Source: Tidjanibacter sp. (GTDB lineage: Bacteria; Bacteroidota; Bacteroidia; Bacteroidales; Rikenellaceae). From it: a DNA stretch of 64,000 nt. Of the stretch, positions 9,225 to 19,768 are shown in pieces. Both the position numbers and the translations under genes were made by a program. Every line of letters begins with the position of its first letter. Positions within the stretch are counted from its first letter, which is position 1. The stretch is taken from positions 4,870 through 68,869 of the forward strand of contig JAZOCT010000001.1 of assembly GCA_045596685.1 (NCBI GenBank), written 5' to 3'. Under the pieces are notes generated by a model that saw only the letters and a list, made by a program, of their open reading frames with translations, searched no databases and was not told the DNA's origin.

Positions 9225-10678
9225 TATTGGTGTTCGGGGCGCAAAAGGTCGGTCACCACCTTCACAGGTGAGAAGGTCGTGATGGGAACCTCAACAAACA
9301 GTGTGTTCCAATTGGACATTGCGCCATTCCACAATCCGGGCAACTCCTGCGCCAAGAGGGTACGACCACTCTTCGACTTGCTCGAAATAAAGCCCGTTGC
9401 GGGGTCGGTAAATTGTGTGAAGTCGTACTTCTCACCCCTATGGTTACGGGTTGCGCAGACCAAATCTACGGGGTTGAAGTGGGTGGCATCGGCCATCAGC
9501 GACTTCTGCTCGGGGGCAATCTGCGACGACTCGGCAATCTGCAAAGCCACCTCCCCGTTGGTACTCTGTGCCCAGAAAGGACCGCCACCAGGCTCTCCCT
9601 CGTTGCGGACCATACCGCACACCCTCAAAGGACGGTCAAGAATCCTCAATAGCGCCTCACGACGCACCTCCTGACTCGCGCCCTTCACACTCTCGGGCAA
9701 AACCACGCAAAGGTCCCTCTCCACAAACTCCTCCACCTCGGCAAGAGAGCCCTCACCTGCTTCGAGTTGTGTCAAATAGTCAAATACCCTCTTCTGGGTA
9801 GTCACCAACAAGCCCGCCAGTACCTCTTTGTACTTGATGGTGTCGGCTTTCAGGTGGTCGGGAGCCACATTGTCGATAGTCTTGATGAAGATGAGGTCTG
9901 CGTCGATGTCGTTGAGATTCTCAATCAGCGCACCGTGACCTGCGGGGCGGAACAGCAACGAGCCATCGGCCTCGCGGAAGGGGGTGCAGTCCTCATTCAC
10001 AGCGATTGTATCGGTGCTGCTCTTCTGCACCGACATAGAGATGTTGTACTTGACCTCATAGCGCCTCTCATAGCGCTCCCTAACGCTCTCGAAGAGCGAC
10101 GAGAAACCCTCAACGTGCTCGGGCGATACGGTGAAGTGAATATTCACCTGGCCATCGCTCGAAGCATACATTGCACCCTCTGCCAAGTGCTCCTCAAAGG
10201 GGGTACGGGCACCTGTGGGATAGCGGTGAAAAAGAAGAAGACCTTTGGGTTTGGAGCCATATTCGAGCCTTTCACCAACAATGGTCTTCACTACATCTTT
10301 CAGGGGAGCATCCAACGACACCTTCTCGGAGAGTGCCTCGGCGAATGCGAATTTGTCGATATTTTGCGAGAGTTTCTCCACCGTGCCGTTCATCTGGCCG
10401 CTTTCCACAAAGGAGAAGAGGTCTTTGAACATTCGTGTAGCAGCGCCACTTGCGGGGACAAACTTCTCTATTCGAAGACCCTTCTGCGCCTCGCGATACT
10501 CGGCACGCAGCGCATCTGCACATTTTTCATCCACAGCGATAATGCCATCGCCAACCCTTGCAGAGCGGATGATATTAAGATAGGGGAAACCATTGCGGAA
10601 GTTTTCCAACTGTTTCTCGACAGCCTCACGGGAGAGTCCGTGTTGCTCAATTTGTTTAAGGTCTTCGGGTGTAAACAT
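9224..10678 (-). CDS. DUF4301-family protein (nucleotidyltransferase-like)
   Basis: 484 aa. The N-terminus MFTPEDLKQIEQHGLS..QLENFRNGFPYLNI matches my memory of DUF4301. Confidence 0.55.
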   Translation of the reverse strand: MFTPEDLKQIEQHGLSREAVEKQLENFRNGFPYLNIIRSARVGDGIIAVDEKCADALRAEYREAQKGLRIEKFVPASGAATRMFKDLFSFVESGQMNGTVEKLSQNIDKFAFAEALSEKVSLDAPLKDVVKTIVGERLEYGSKPKGLLLFHRYPTGARTPFEEHLAEGAMYASSDGQVNIHFTVSPEHVEGFSSLFESVRERYERRYEVKYNISMSVQKSSTDTIAVNEDCTPFREADGSLLFRPAGHGALIENLNDIDADLIFIKTIDNVAPDHLKADTIKYKEVLAGLLVTTQKRVFDYLTQLEAGEGSLAEVEEFVERDLCVVLPESVKGASQEVRREALLRILDRPLRVCGMVRNEGEPGGGPFWAQSTNGEVALQIAESSQIAPEQKSLMADATHFNPVDLVCATRNHRGEKYDFTQFTDPATGFISSKSKSGRTLLAQELPGLWNGAMSNWNTLFVEVPITTFSPVKVVTDLLRPEHQ

Positions 10679-10839
10679 AGGTCGTTTAATTTTATTAAAA
10701 TTAATCCGACAAAGTTATGCCTTTTCTTCGGAAAACCAAAGCACACCACACTCTTTTTTGGTAAAATTTCTCGCCCGAAGATATTTATTTGCGCCCGACG
10801 GGATAAATCTTGCGAAAAATACTAACTTTGTGGTTTGAA

Positions 10840-11868
10840 ATGGCAACAATAAAGGAAAATATACTTCTCGCACCCTACCTCTCCTTCGGTACGGATGGCA
10901 GGGCAAAGCGATTGGTGGAGTGGCACACCGTAGAGGAACTGCTCCACTACCTCCATTCCGAGGAGGGCAAAGAGCACCTTGCGGGGCGCTGGACAATCCT
11001 CGGCGAGGGGTGCAATACACTCTTCACAGAGGATTTCGATGGTACCATAATCCGCTCCGCAGCCAAAGGCATTGAGGTCTTGGAGGAGAGCGCGAGCCAC
11101 CTTATCATCCGCGCAATGGCAGGTGAGGTGTGGGACGATGTGGTGGCGTGGAGCACCCAACGTGGTCTGTGGGGAATGGAGAACCTCTCGTCAATTCCCA
11201 GCAGTGTAGGTGCCAGCGCGGTGCAGAACATCGGAGCCTATGGCACCGAAGCAAAGGATGTCATCGAGTGGGTGGAGTATGTAGACCTTACAACGCTCTC
11301 GGAGTGCCGTATTCCGGCCTCGGAGTGCAGATTCGGCTACCGAGAGAGCATCTTCAAAGGCGACCTTGCAGGTAGGGTGATAATCACCGCAGTGGTCTAT
11401 CGTTTGGAGCGGAGCGCCACCCCACGTCTCGACTACGGAACCCTCCGTCCCGAGGTGGAAAAGGCGGGCGACTACTCCCCCGAGGGTATCCGCAGGGCTG
11501 TGATAGCCATCCGAGAGAGCAAACTTCCCGACCCCAAAAAGATTGGCAATGCGGGCAGTTTTTTCAAAAACCCCATCCTACCCCGCGAGCAGGTCGAGAG
11601 GCTCAAAGCCCTCTACCCCACGATGCCCATCTATGAGGTTGCAGGGGCTCCCGAGAGTCTGAAAATCGCGACGGGGTGGATGATTGACTCTCTTGGTTGG
11701 AAGGGAAAGAGTCTGGGCAACGCGGGTGTTCACACCCATCAAGCATTGGTCTTGGTCAATCTGGGCGGAGCCACAGGAAAGGAGGTTTTGGCGCTTGCCG
11801 AGCGCATCTGCCAAGAGGTTAATGAGAAATTCGGGGTTGATATATCCCCCGAGGTAAACATACTTTGA
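10840..11868 (+). CDS. murB: UDP-N-acetylenolpyruvoylglucosamine reductase
   Basis: The sequence is MurB-like (GEGCNTLF, GNAGSFFKNP, C-terminal GVHTHQALVLVN). I placed the start at MATIKEN, which is internal to the tracked ORF starting at 10810. Confidence 0.85.
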   Translation: MATIKENILLAPYLSFGTDGRAKRLVEWHTVEELLHYLHSEEGKEHLAGRWTILGEGCNTLFTEDFDGTIIRSAAKGIEVLEESASHLIIRAMAGEVWDDVVAWSTQRGLWGMENLSSIPSSVGASAVQNIGAYGTEAKDVIEWVEYVDLTTLSECRIPASECRFGYRESIFKGDLAGRVIITAVVYRLERSATPRLDYGTLRPEVEKAGDYSPEGIRRAVIAIRESKLPDPKKIGNAGSFFKNPILPREQVERLKALYPTMPIYEVAGAPESLKIATGWMIDSLGWKGKSLGNAGVHTHQALVLVNLGGATGKEVLALAERICQEVNEKFGVDISPEVNIL

Positions 11869-11890
11869 GAATTCAAAAATCGGAATTGGA

Positions 11891-13243
11891 TTGAAAAACG
11901 AGAATCTATTACATAAGTTCAAGGCCTACATCACGGAACACCAACTCGCCACCACCGACAATCGTATTCTACTGACTGTCAGCGGTGGTGTCGATTCGAT
12001 GGTGATGATGCACCTCTTCGTGGAGGCAGGCTATAAGGTGGGGGTTGCCCACTGTAATTTTTGCCTGCGAGGACAGGAGAGCGAGGAGGATGAGGTGGCC
12101 GTTGCACGCCAAGCAGAGAGCCTCGGCATCCCCCACTACAACCACCGTTTCGACACCAAAGGTGAGATGGCACTCACGGGTGAGAGTGTGCAGATGGCGG
12201 CCCGCAGGTTGCGCTATGCGTGGTTCGACGAGTTGTGCCTTGATGAGGGCTACGACACCATAGCCGTTGCCCACCACGCCGACGACAGCATCGAGACCTT
12301 CTTCATCAACCTCCTGCGAGGTACGGGACTCAAAGGGCTGACGGGCATCAGCGTCATCAACGGCAAGGTCATCCGCCCTTTGCTGTTCGCATCGCGCCAC
12401 GAGATTAAGGAGTATGCCAAGAGCCACAACATCCCTTATAGGGAGGACTCCTCGAACCGCTCGACAAAGTATTTGCGCAACAAAATAAGGCTTGGCATTG
12501 TACCCCGCCTGCGCGAGATTGTACCCCAATTTACGGGAACGATGTGTAGCAACATTGACCGCCTGACGGAGACGCAACGATTCATCAACCACGCCATAGA
12601 GAAAATTGCCCGCGACGCTGTGGAACATATTGGGGGTGAGGATATTATCCATCCCGACAAAATTGACAGTGGCTTTCCTCTCGGATTTGTAATCTACGAA
12701 CTGATGAGTCACAATTACGGCTTTCGTGGCGACGTGGTGGACTCGCTCTGCGTGGCGCTCAAAGCGGGTGCTACGGGCAAACGTTTCTACTCGAAAGATT
12801 GGGTTGCCTACGTCAATCGTGGGTGCATTGTAATCTCCCGCATAGACGACAGCGATGCTTGCGAGGTGGAGGTCAATTTGGCCAAGACCAAAGTCTATTG
12901 CGGAGGTTCGATGCTCTACCTCGAAAAGTTGGATATCGACAACATTGAGACCCTCCGCACCCCCGAACATATAGCACTACTCGATTTGGACACCCTCACT
13001 GAACCCCTCACATTGCGCAAATGGAGGGAGGGGGATAGGTTTGTACCCCTCGGTATGATGGGCGAAAAGAAAGTGAGCGACTACCTGATTGATGTGAAGA
13101 TGTCGATGGCCGAAAAAGGGCGACAATTTGTGCTCACCTCGGGCGAAGAGATTGTGTGGCTTGTGGGGCAAAGGATAGACAACCGACACAAAATTACCTC
13201 CAAGACCGAAAATGTTCTCCGCATCACGAAGGAGAGTTTGTAG
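11891..13243 (+). CDS. tilS: tRNA(Ile)-lysidine synthetase
   Basis: 450 aa with the PP-loop SGGVDS. There is no in-frame ATG before the motif, so the start appears to be TTG at 11891. Confidence 0.85.
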   Translation: MKNENLLHKFKAYITEHQLATTDNRILLTVSGGVDSMVMMHLFVEAGYKVGVAHCNFCLRGQESEEDEVAVARQAESLGIPHYNHRFDTKGEMALTGESVQMAARRLRYAWFDELCLDEGYDTIAVAHHADDSIETFFINLLRGTGLKGLTGISVINGKVIRPLLFASRHEIKEYAKSHNIPYREDSSNRSTKYLRNKIRLGIVPRLREIVPQFTGTMCSNIDRLTETQRFINHAIEKIARDAVEHIGGEDIIHPDKIDSGFPLGFVIYELMSHNYGFRGDVVDSLCVALKAGATGKRFYSKDWVAYVNRGCIVISRIDDSDACEVEVNLAKTKVYCGGSMLYLEKLDIDNIETLRTPEHIALLDLDTLTEPLTLRKWREGDRFVPLGMMGEKKVSDYLIDVKMSMAEKGRQFVLTSGEEIVWLVGQRIDNRHKITSKTENVLRITKESL

Positions 13244-13252
13244 AGAGAGGGA

Positions 13253-13287
13253 GTTGAAAGTTGAAAGTTGAAAGTTGAAAGTTGAAA
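13253..13287. repeat. GTTGAAA heptamer x5 tandem array
   Basis: A perfect array of 5 units, 10 nt after the tilS stop. It is followed by hairpins caccctctaa..ttagagggggtg and gtcacgaagtgac. Confidence 0.9.
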
Positions 13288-13401
13288 GATTCACCCTCTA
13301 ATGTTAGAGGGGGTGTCACGAAGTGACGGGGAGAGTGTGTTTGAGTTGAGAATTATGATATGTCGGTTGACGATAGTCCGCTGACGGTAGACAAATAAAA
13401 T

Positions 13402-14472
13402 ATGGCAAAGACTATTCGTTTTAGGGACTCCTGGGCACAGTACGAGAAAATCGTGCAGGATATTCGTGCCCGCAAGTTTGCCCCCATCTATCTACTGATG
13501 GGTGAAGAGGGTTATTTCATTGACTGCCTGACGGATATGCTTGCCGACACCATTCTCGACGAAAGCCAAAAGGCTTTCAATCAACTTGTCATCTATGGCA
13601 AAGATGTGGAGGATGAAGGGGTGATTGTGAACTATGCGCGCCAGATGCCTATGATGGGTGGCAAGATGGTGATTATCGTCAAGGATGCCGCCTCGCTCCG
13701 CAAGGTCGAAAAACTCTCGCTCTACACCGCCTCTCCCTCCGAATCGACCATCCTTATCATAGCACACAAGGGTAAGAGTGTCGATAAACGCTCGGCCCTC
13801 TACAAGCAGGTGAGTACCAAAGGTGTGGTCTTTGAGTCACCACGCCCCTACGACAATGAACTCGCCCCCTGGATTGCCACCTATTTGCGTGGCTCAAAGG
13901 GGTGCGCCATTGAAGAGAAGGCGCTCAAAATGGTGCTCGACTTTATGGGTACGGATATAGCCAAAATCGTGGGCGAGTTCGACAAACTCTTCACACGACT
14001 GCCCGAGGGCACAAAGGTTATCACCGCCGATCACATCGAGCAAAACATCGGTATCAGCAAGGATTTCAACAACTTCGAGTTGGTGGAGGCTGTGGCTCAT
14101 AGACAGTTTGCCCGCGCAATGCAGATTGCCGACAACTTCGCACGCAACCCCAAAAACCACCCCCTTGTGGTGACTACCACTACCCTCTTCGGCTACTTCC
14201 AAAAACTCTTCACCATCAACTACAAAGAGTGGCAAACAAGGGTTAAGGGTATGCCCCCCGCAAGCGATGCCGAACTTGCAGGACTCATAAAGGTAAGTCC
14301 CTTTGTGCTTGGCGGTTACAAACAGGCAGCAAAACTCTATCCAAACAAAAAAATCTTTCTCATCCTCGGACTCATCAGAGAGTACGATATGAAGGGTAAG
14401 GGTATCAACTCGGGAGGTGTGGAACAAGGCGACCTCCTGCGCGAATTGTTGATGAAAATAATGATGCTCTAA
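13402..14472 (+). CDS. holA: DNA polymerase III subunit delta
   Basis: 356 aa with a HolA-like N-terminus (YLLMGEEGYFID) and matching length. Confidence 0.75.
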   Translation: MAKTIRFRDSWAQYEKIVQDIRARKFAPIYLLMGEEGYFIDCLTDMLADTILDESQKAFNQLVIYGKDVEDEGVIVNYARQMPMMGGKMVIIVKDAASLRKVEKLSLYTASPSESTILIIAHKGKSVDKRSALYKQVSTKGVVFESPRPYDNELAPWIATYLRGSKGCAIEEKALKMVLDFMGTDIAKIVGEFDKLFTRLPEGTKVITADHIEQNIGISKDFNNFELVEAVAHRQFARAMQIADNFARNPKNHPLVVTTTTLFGYFQKLFTINYKEWQTRVKGMPPASDAELAGLIKVSPFVLGGYKQAAKLYPNKKIFLILGLIREYDMKGKGINSGGVEQGDLLRELLMKIMML

Positions 14473-14478
14473 ACGACA

Positions 14479-15303
14479 ATGGTGGGCGAAAAAATATCCC
14501 TCGATGGCAAAATCACCTCGTGGCACGAAGCCAACCTCACACCCAAAGAACTCTTGGGGTGCAATTGGGTGTACACCACCATCAACACCTTCGCTCACAA
14601 ACCCCTGCACCTAACCCCCAAACTCCACCACGCAGTGGAGTCCTACAATGCACTCTATGGCACAAAGCCAACCATCGGCACCAAAGAGTTGGAGCGCGAG
14701 ATAGTCGATTTGCTCCACTTTGGGCTCTATCCCGAGGGGGGTAATACGGTAAATCTCTATCTCATACCCTCGGGGGATGGCAACTGCCGCAGGCTCCTGC
14801 TACACGAGGCCACAACCCCCTATGAGGGGTATGGGCTCCTTACGGTGCGCCCCCGAGCCATCGTTGCCAACTATGAGATACCCTTCGGTAAGCACCTCAC
14901 AAATGTCTCCCTAACAGCGGCAAGGTTTGCCGATGGCTACGCCTCCGCGCGTGGCTACAATGTAGCACTGCGCGCAGACCGTAACGGCACACTCCACTCC
15001 TCGGGCGACAACCCTCTCTATGCACTGCGTGGAAACACCCTCCTGACAACCCCCATCGACAAAGGTGCACGCCCCTCGGTGGAGAGAGAACTGATGGGAA
15101 GAGTTACCGAAATGGCGGGCGTGAAAGTCGTAGAGGAGGAGTTGAGAGTGGAGGACGTGGAGAACTATGAAGAACTCCTGGTCTTCACTCCTGTGGGGAT
15201 TCAAAGTATCTACTCGGTGGGTAATATAAGGCTTGGGAACATCTACGCCTCCCTACTCTCAAAGCACCTTATGGCTCTAACTCGCGAAGGATTCGCTCGC
15301 TAA
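14479..15303 (+). CDS. class IV aminotransferase-fold protein (ADC-lyase-like)
   Basis: 274 aa. The C-terminal pattern ...NPLYALRGNTLLTTP...PSVERELM...EELLVFTPVGIQSI resembles class IV fold proteins. Confidence 0.5.
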   Translation: MVGEKISLDGKITSWHEANLTPKELLGCNWVYTTINTFAHKPLHLTPKLHHAVESYNALYGTKPTIGTKELEREIVDLLHFGLYPEGGNTVNLYLIPSGDGNCRRLLLHEATTPYEGYGLLTVRPRAIVANYEIPFGKHLTNVSLTAARFADGYASARGYNVALRADRNGTLHSSGDNPLYALRGNTLLTTPIDKGARPSVERELMGRVTEMAGVKVVEEELRVEDVENYEELLVFTPVGIQSIYSVGNIRLGNIYASLLSKHLMALTREGFAR

Positions 15304-15772
15304 TCTCCAACACATCGTCGAGGTCGAAACCGCGACTCATCCCAAAACGTACCAATTTGGCTTTCAGGTCGTAACGGTCACGCGCTGTGGTCTTGGCCAT
15401 TTTTTTGCGCAAAATATCTTCCAGGCGCGCCACGTTCTCCTCGGGTTCCAACTGCATCAGAGCGCGGGCTATCACCTCGGGGGCTATGGACTTGGCACGC
15501 AGGGCAGAGCGAATCTTCATCGCCCCCCACCCCGAAAAGCGCATCTTCTCCCTCACATAAGCCTCGGCATAGCGCCCGTCGTCAATGAATCGCTCCTTTT
15601 TGAGTCGCTCCAACACCTCGCGCGCATCCTCATCCGAAAGCCCCCAACGACGCATCGAGCGCAAGGCATCACTACTGCACTTCTCGGCACGCGCACATTG
15701 GCGCATCAGCGAGGAGAGCGCTTGGGTGGGAGTCTTGGTGCGAGGAGCGTATAATTTCACCTCTTTCTGCAT
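15269..15772 (-). CDS. recX: recombination regulator RecX
   Basis: 167 aa with the three-repeat helical RecX pattern (FIDDGRYAEAYVREK). Its 3' end overlaps the convergent upstream gene by 35 nt. Confidence 0.75.
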   Translation of the reverse strand: MQKEVKLYAPRTKTPTQALSSLMRQCARAEKCSSDALRSMRRWGLSDEDAREVLERLKKERFIDDGRYAEAYVREKMRFSGWGAMKIRSALRAKSIAPEVIARALMQLEPEENVARLEDILRKKMAKTTARDRYDLKAKLVRFGMSRGFDLDDVLEISERILRELEP

Positions 15773-16602
15773 ACGACCATACGAGGTTTGGAGTTCATAT
15801 CTTGGTGTATTTCAACATCTTGGAAACCCTTACTGCGAAGCATTGAGGCTGTTTCCGAGGCGAGCCTTTCGTGAATCTCGAAGTACAACTTCCCCCCTCG
15901 ACGCAAGCCCACCATCGCACAATCGGCAATGCGCTCGTAGTAAACAAGTGGGGTGCTATCGGGTACAAAGAGAGCCTCGGAGGGCTCATAGTCGGTGACA
16001 TTGCGCTCCATCTGTTGGCGTTCACTCGTGGGGATGTAGGGGGGATTGGAAACTACAATATCGTAACTCTCCGACGCTGGCTCCCAACGGAAAATATCAC
16101 CCTCCAAAACCCTCATCGGGGCATTGTGAGAGAGTGCATTCTCGCTCGCCACCGCCACCGCTATGGGCGAAAGGTCAAGTGCCTCGACCAGAGAGCCTTC
16201 AATCTCACACGCAAGAGATACAGCAATGGCCCCACTACCCGTTCCGAGGTCTATGATGTGGGGATTGGAGAGGTCGTTTTCACGCACAATGAGCGCCACC
16301 AACTCCTCCGTCTCGGGGCGAGGAATGAGCACCCCGGGGCGCACCGCAAAACGCCTACCATAAAACTCGGTCCACCCTATTATATATTGTATGGGCTCAC
16401 CCTCGGCAATGCGCATTAAAAGAGCCTCAAACTCCTCGGCATCGAAACGCGAAGGCTCCGCAGCACCATCCATCACCACGTCGAAACGCCCAAAACCGTA
16501 GAGGTCGGCACACAAACGCTCCGCCACAGCATCTCCCTCGATGATGCCGTAGATATCTCTTGCTACGATTTGCGCTCTGGTGTAAATATTCTTGCGTGTC
16601 AC
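15757..16602 (-). CDS. prmC: release factor glutamine N5-methyltransferase
   Basis: 281 aa, with an NPPY motif (VSNPPYIP) and the SAM motif DLGTGSGAI. Confidence 0.85.
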   Translation of the reverse strand: MTRKNIYTRAQIVARDIYGIIEGDAVAERLCADLYGFGRFDVVMDGAAEPSRFDAEEFEALLMRIAEGEPIQYIIGWTEFYGRRFAVRPGVLIPRPETEELVALIVRENDLSNPHIIDLGTGSGAIAVSLACEIEGSLVEALDLSPIAVAVASENALSHNAPMRVLEGDIFRWEPASESYDIVVSNPPYIPTSERQQMERNVTDYEPSEALFVPDSTPLVYYERIADCAMVGLRRGGKLYFEIHERLASETASMLRSKGFQDVEIHQDMNSKPRMVVCRKR

Positions 16603-16764
16603 GATGCAAAGGTAGTGATTTTTTCGAGAATGCTATCAATATGTTTAACAATTAGTTAGGTGTTGGAGCGAAAAAAAGTTGCAAAAAAAGCACATTTTTT
16701 TGTTGTGAAAATTTGCAGAAACGAATTTTTGCGCTACCTTTGCATCGCAAATCAGAAATGCAAC

Positions 16765-16839
16765 GGGAGTTTAGCTCAGCTGGTTTAGAGCATCTGCCTT
16801 ACAAGCAGAGGGTCGGCGGTTCGAATCCGTCAACTCCCA
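16765..16839 (+). tRNA. tRNA-Val (anticodon TAC)
   Basis: Cloverleaf folded by hand. Acceptor gggagtt/aactccc, anticodon arm tctgc-CTTACAA-gcaga, T-loop ggttcgaatcc. Confidence 0.9.
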
Positions 16840-16845
16840 CAAGAG

Positions 16846-16873
16846 AAAGCCACTCGAAAGAGTGGCTTTTGTT
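16846..16873 (+). terminator. intrinsic terminator after tRNA-Val
   Basis: Hairpin aagccactc-gaaa-gagtggctt followed by tttt. Confidence 0.7.
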
Positions 16874-17010
16874 GTTGATAGGGGTGGCCGAATTTATTCG
16901 AAGCCACCCCTATCGGATTATATGATCTATACGGCTTATAGAACCATATGGGACTTATATGGTCTTCGGGCTCGCTTCTGCGAGCCCGCAGTTTACTTAA
17001 TCACCAACGC

Positions 17011-17131
17011 AAAAACGCATATAGCGAGGGGATTTCAAGGCTTGCGAAGAAGGCGGTCGCGCAGTTTACTATCGTAAATGAGCAGACCGCCTTCAAGCGT
17101 AACGCGGAAATCACCCGCTATATGCGTTTTT
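17011..17131. repeat. structured palindromic repeat of about 125 nt, copy 2
   Basis: aaaaacgcatatagcg...cgctatatgcgttttt. Apical motif cgcagtttac-tatc-gtaaatgag with helix gaaggcggtc/gaccgccttc. It abuts the stop codon of the S46 peptidase gene. Confidence 0.85.
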
Positions 17132-19154
17132 ACTTGATGGTCATTTCGTCGAGAAGATACCCTGCCCCGCCAATCTTGTCGATAACAAACAACACATAGC
17201 GAATATCCACAGAAATGTTGCGACAAATATCGGGGTCGTAGTCCAGGTCACTCATCGTACTCAACCAAGTACGGTCAAAGTTGATACCAAGAAGTTCGCC
17301 ACGACCATTGAGAATGGGGCTACCACTATTGCCACCCGTCGTGTGATTTTTGGCAAGGAAGGCCACAGGAATGGTATAGCGACCATCCATCTCCACACCC
17401 CACCTGCCATACTCCTTCGAGGCGTACAAATCGCGCAGGCTCTGTGGAATATCGTAGTCGTAGATTTCGGGGTTATCCTTCTCAATGATACCATCGAGGG
17501 TGGTATAGGGCAGGTGGTAGACACCATCGGCTGCCTCATAGCCGGCCACCGAGCCGTAGGCCACACGAAGTGTGAGGTTGGCATCGGGATAGAATGGGCG
17601 GGTGGGTTCGAAGGCCATCTGACCACGCATATAGGTTTTATAGAGTTCGGTAATCTCCTTATTGAGAGTCATATATTGGGGCGAGAGTCTTTCCATATAG
17701 ACCTCATCGAAGGCCTTACGCATAACCCTTGCGGGGTCCGAATCAAAGTCGTAGCCCTCTTTGCGTGCCTTTTGGAGTTCCTCGGCAGAGGTGATGCGCG
17801 AAGAGCCGAAGAGCCACTCTACAAAGGCCTCCACCGAACCACACTCGGCAAGGCGCGCAGAGTACCACTCGGGCACAAACTCCGCACCCACATTCTCGCC
17901 AAAATCGCGCAACATCTCCACTGCCACACGTTGGTCGATGGCGGGTAGGTAGTCTTTATAGTTGGGCTCCACACTCTCGGCATTGAGGCGGCGAGGAGTG
18001 GCGAGGCCCATCAGTTCGATGGCATAGATAGCCTCATTGTAGTAGTCGCGCGTGATGGCAAAGGGGAGCAATTCGGCATACTTGGCGTGGAGCCTATCGA
18101 GCACACCTTCGTACTCGGTGCCCGCAGCCCACTCCTCGAAGCGCTCCTCGTAGGCCACCTTCTTTGCCACCGTATTGCGCCTTGCAAGACCGAGGCTCTC
18201 ACCCTGCCATTTTTTCCAAGCATTGGCAATGCCTGCGTGCTTGGAGGCATACATAATGCGTGTTGCCACATCCTTACTCTGCGCCTCGGAGATAATGTCG
18301 AGCCTCTTTGTGCGCAGGCGAATCTTCGCCGGATTGGAGTAGTTGAGCGTGTAGTCCACAAAGTCGCTGGTCACATACTCCCTTGTGCTGCCCGGGAAAC
18401 CATACACAAAGGTGAAATCACCCTCGGCAGCCCCCTCGGTAGAGATTGCAAAGTGACGTTTTGGACGGTAGGGCACATTCTCGGGCGAGTAGTCGGCAGG
18501 CTGATTGTCCTTGTTGGCATAGATGCGGAAGATGGAAAAGTCACCCGTATGGCGGGGCCACATCCAATTGTCCGTATCGCCACCAAATTTACCGATACTC
18601 GAAGGGGGTGCACCCACCAATCGCACATCCCTATACACCTGATAGACAAACAGATAGTAGGTATTGTTGTAGTAGAGGCTCTCCACCGACGCGGAGTACT
18701 TGCCCCCCTCTACTGCCTCGTCGATGATACTCTGTGCGCTCTCACCGGCCTCAATCCTCGCGGTCACATCCTCCATTCGTACAAGGAACGAAACGGTGAG
18801 TCCAGGGTTAGGCAACTCCTCCGAGCGATTCATAGCCCAGAAACCGTTGGTTAGGTAGTCGTGCTCCACGCTACTATGGTACTGAATCTGTCCGTAGCCA
18901 CAGTGGTGGTTGGTGAGAAGCAGACCCTCGCCCGATACCAATTCGCCCGTACAGCCCCTGCCGAAAAGGACAATGGCATCTTTGAGTGCTGCCTGATTGA
19001 CACTATAAATATCCTCGGCAGAGAGTTCAAAGCCCTTTGCCTGCATATCCTTTATGCGCTCACCAATGAGTGATGGGAGCCACATACCCTCGTCGGCTCT
19101 CACACCCGCAAGTGTCACAACCGAGAGCAACAACACAGCAAAAAATCTCCTCAT
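17130..19154 (-). CDS. S46-family dipeptidyl-peptidase (DPP7/DPP11-like)
   Basis: 674 aa. A signal peptide is followed by DEGMWLP, and TNHHCG provides the catalytic His context. Confidence 0.85.
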   Translation of the reverse strand: MRRFFAVLLLSVVTLAGVRADEGMWLPSLIGERIKDMQAKGFELSAEDIYSVNQAALKDAIVLFGRGCTGELVSGEGLLLTNHHCGYGQIQYHSSVEHDYLTNGFWAMNRSEELPNPGLTVSFLVRMEDVTARIEAGESAQSIIDEAVEGGKYSASVESLYYNNTYYLFVYQVYRDVRLVGAPPSSIGKFGGDTDNWMWPRHTGDFSIFRIYANKDNQPADYSPENVPYRPKRHFAISTEGAAEGDFTFVYGFPGSTREYVTSDFVDYTLNYSNPAKIRLRTKRLDIISEAQSKDVATRIMYASKHAGIANAWKKWQGESLGLARRNTVAKKVAYEERFEEWAAGTEYEGVLDRLHAKYAELLPFAITRDYYNEAIYAIELMGLATPRRLNAESVEPNYKDYLPAIDQRVAVEMLRDFGENVGAEFVPEWYSARLAECGSVEAFVEWLFGSSRITSAEELQKARKEGYDFDSDPARVMRKAFDEVYMERLSPQYMTLNKEITELYKTYMRGQMAFEPTRPFYPDANLTLRVAYGSVAGYEAADGVYHLPYTTLDGIIEKDNPEIYDYDIPQSLRDLYASKEYGRWGVEMDGRYTIPVAFLAKNHTTGGNSGSPILNGRGELLGINFDRTWLSTMSDLDYDPDICRNISVDIRYVLFVIDKIGGAGYLLDEMTIK

Positions 19155-19175
19155 AGAAATTGAATATAGTTTAGG

Positions 19176-19766
19176 TTATACAAATTTTTCCAACTCTACC
19201 CACAGCATCTGCACAGGGAGCCCCATAACATTGTAGAAAGAGCCCTCTATGCCACTGATGGCAACATAGCCTATCCACTCCTGAATACCATAGGCTCCCG
19301 CCTTGTCGTAAGGGTGGTAGGTATCGATGTAGTATGCTATCTCCTCGTCGCTCATCTCCCTGAATCGCACCACACTATGGCACGAAAAACTCCTCTCTCG
19401 GTCTGTGGTGCGCAGTGTCACCCCCGTTACAACCTCGTGAGAGGCACCCGAGAGCAGGCGGAGCATCCTCACCGCATCCTCCCTATCGCAAGGCTTGCCG
19501 AGAATCTCGCCCGAGGCTATCACCACCGTATCGGCAGTGATGAGGATGTCCCCCTCGCGGAGCGTATCGCAATATGCGTCGCTCTTAATCTTCGAAAGGT
19601 ACTCGGCAACCTCCCCGAGTGGCATATCGGCAGGGAAATTCTCCTCTGCCTCTCTACCTTCTGCAATCTCAAATTCCAATCCACAACCCTGCAAGATTTC
19701 TCTCCTTCGGGGCGATTTGCTCGCCAAGAGCAGTCGATGATTTTTAAGCCTATCCACCAGAAGCAT
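19176..19766 (-). CDS. maf: Maf-family nucleoside triphosphate pyrophosphatase
   Basis: 196 aa, with LLLASKSPRRREIL and GAYGIQ motifs. Confidence 0.85.
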   Translation of the reverse strand: MLLVDRLKNHRLLLASKSPRRREILQGCGLEFEIAEGREAEENFPADMPLGEVAEYLSKIKSDAYCDTLREGDILITADTVVIASGEILGKPCDREDAVRMLRLLSGASHEVVTGVTLRTTDRERSFSCHSVVRFREMSDEEIAYYIDTYHPYDKAGAYGIQEWIGYVAISGIEGSFYNVMGLPVQMLWVELEKFV

Positions 19767-19768
19767 AG

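Noticed and set aside
10788-10830. Promoter for murB (TAACTTTG at 10823-10830).
   Set aside because: The nearest upstream TTTG is 31 nt away, outside the usual 19-21 nt spacing. The -7 box would leave a leader of only a few nucleotides, so the call is not supportable from sequence alone.
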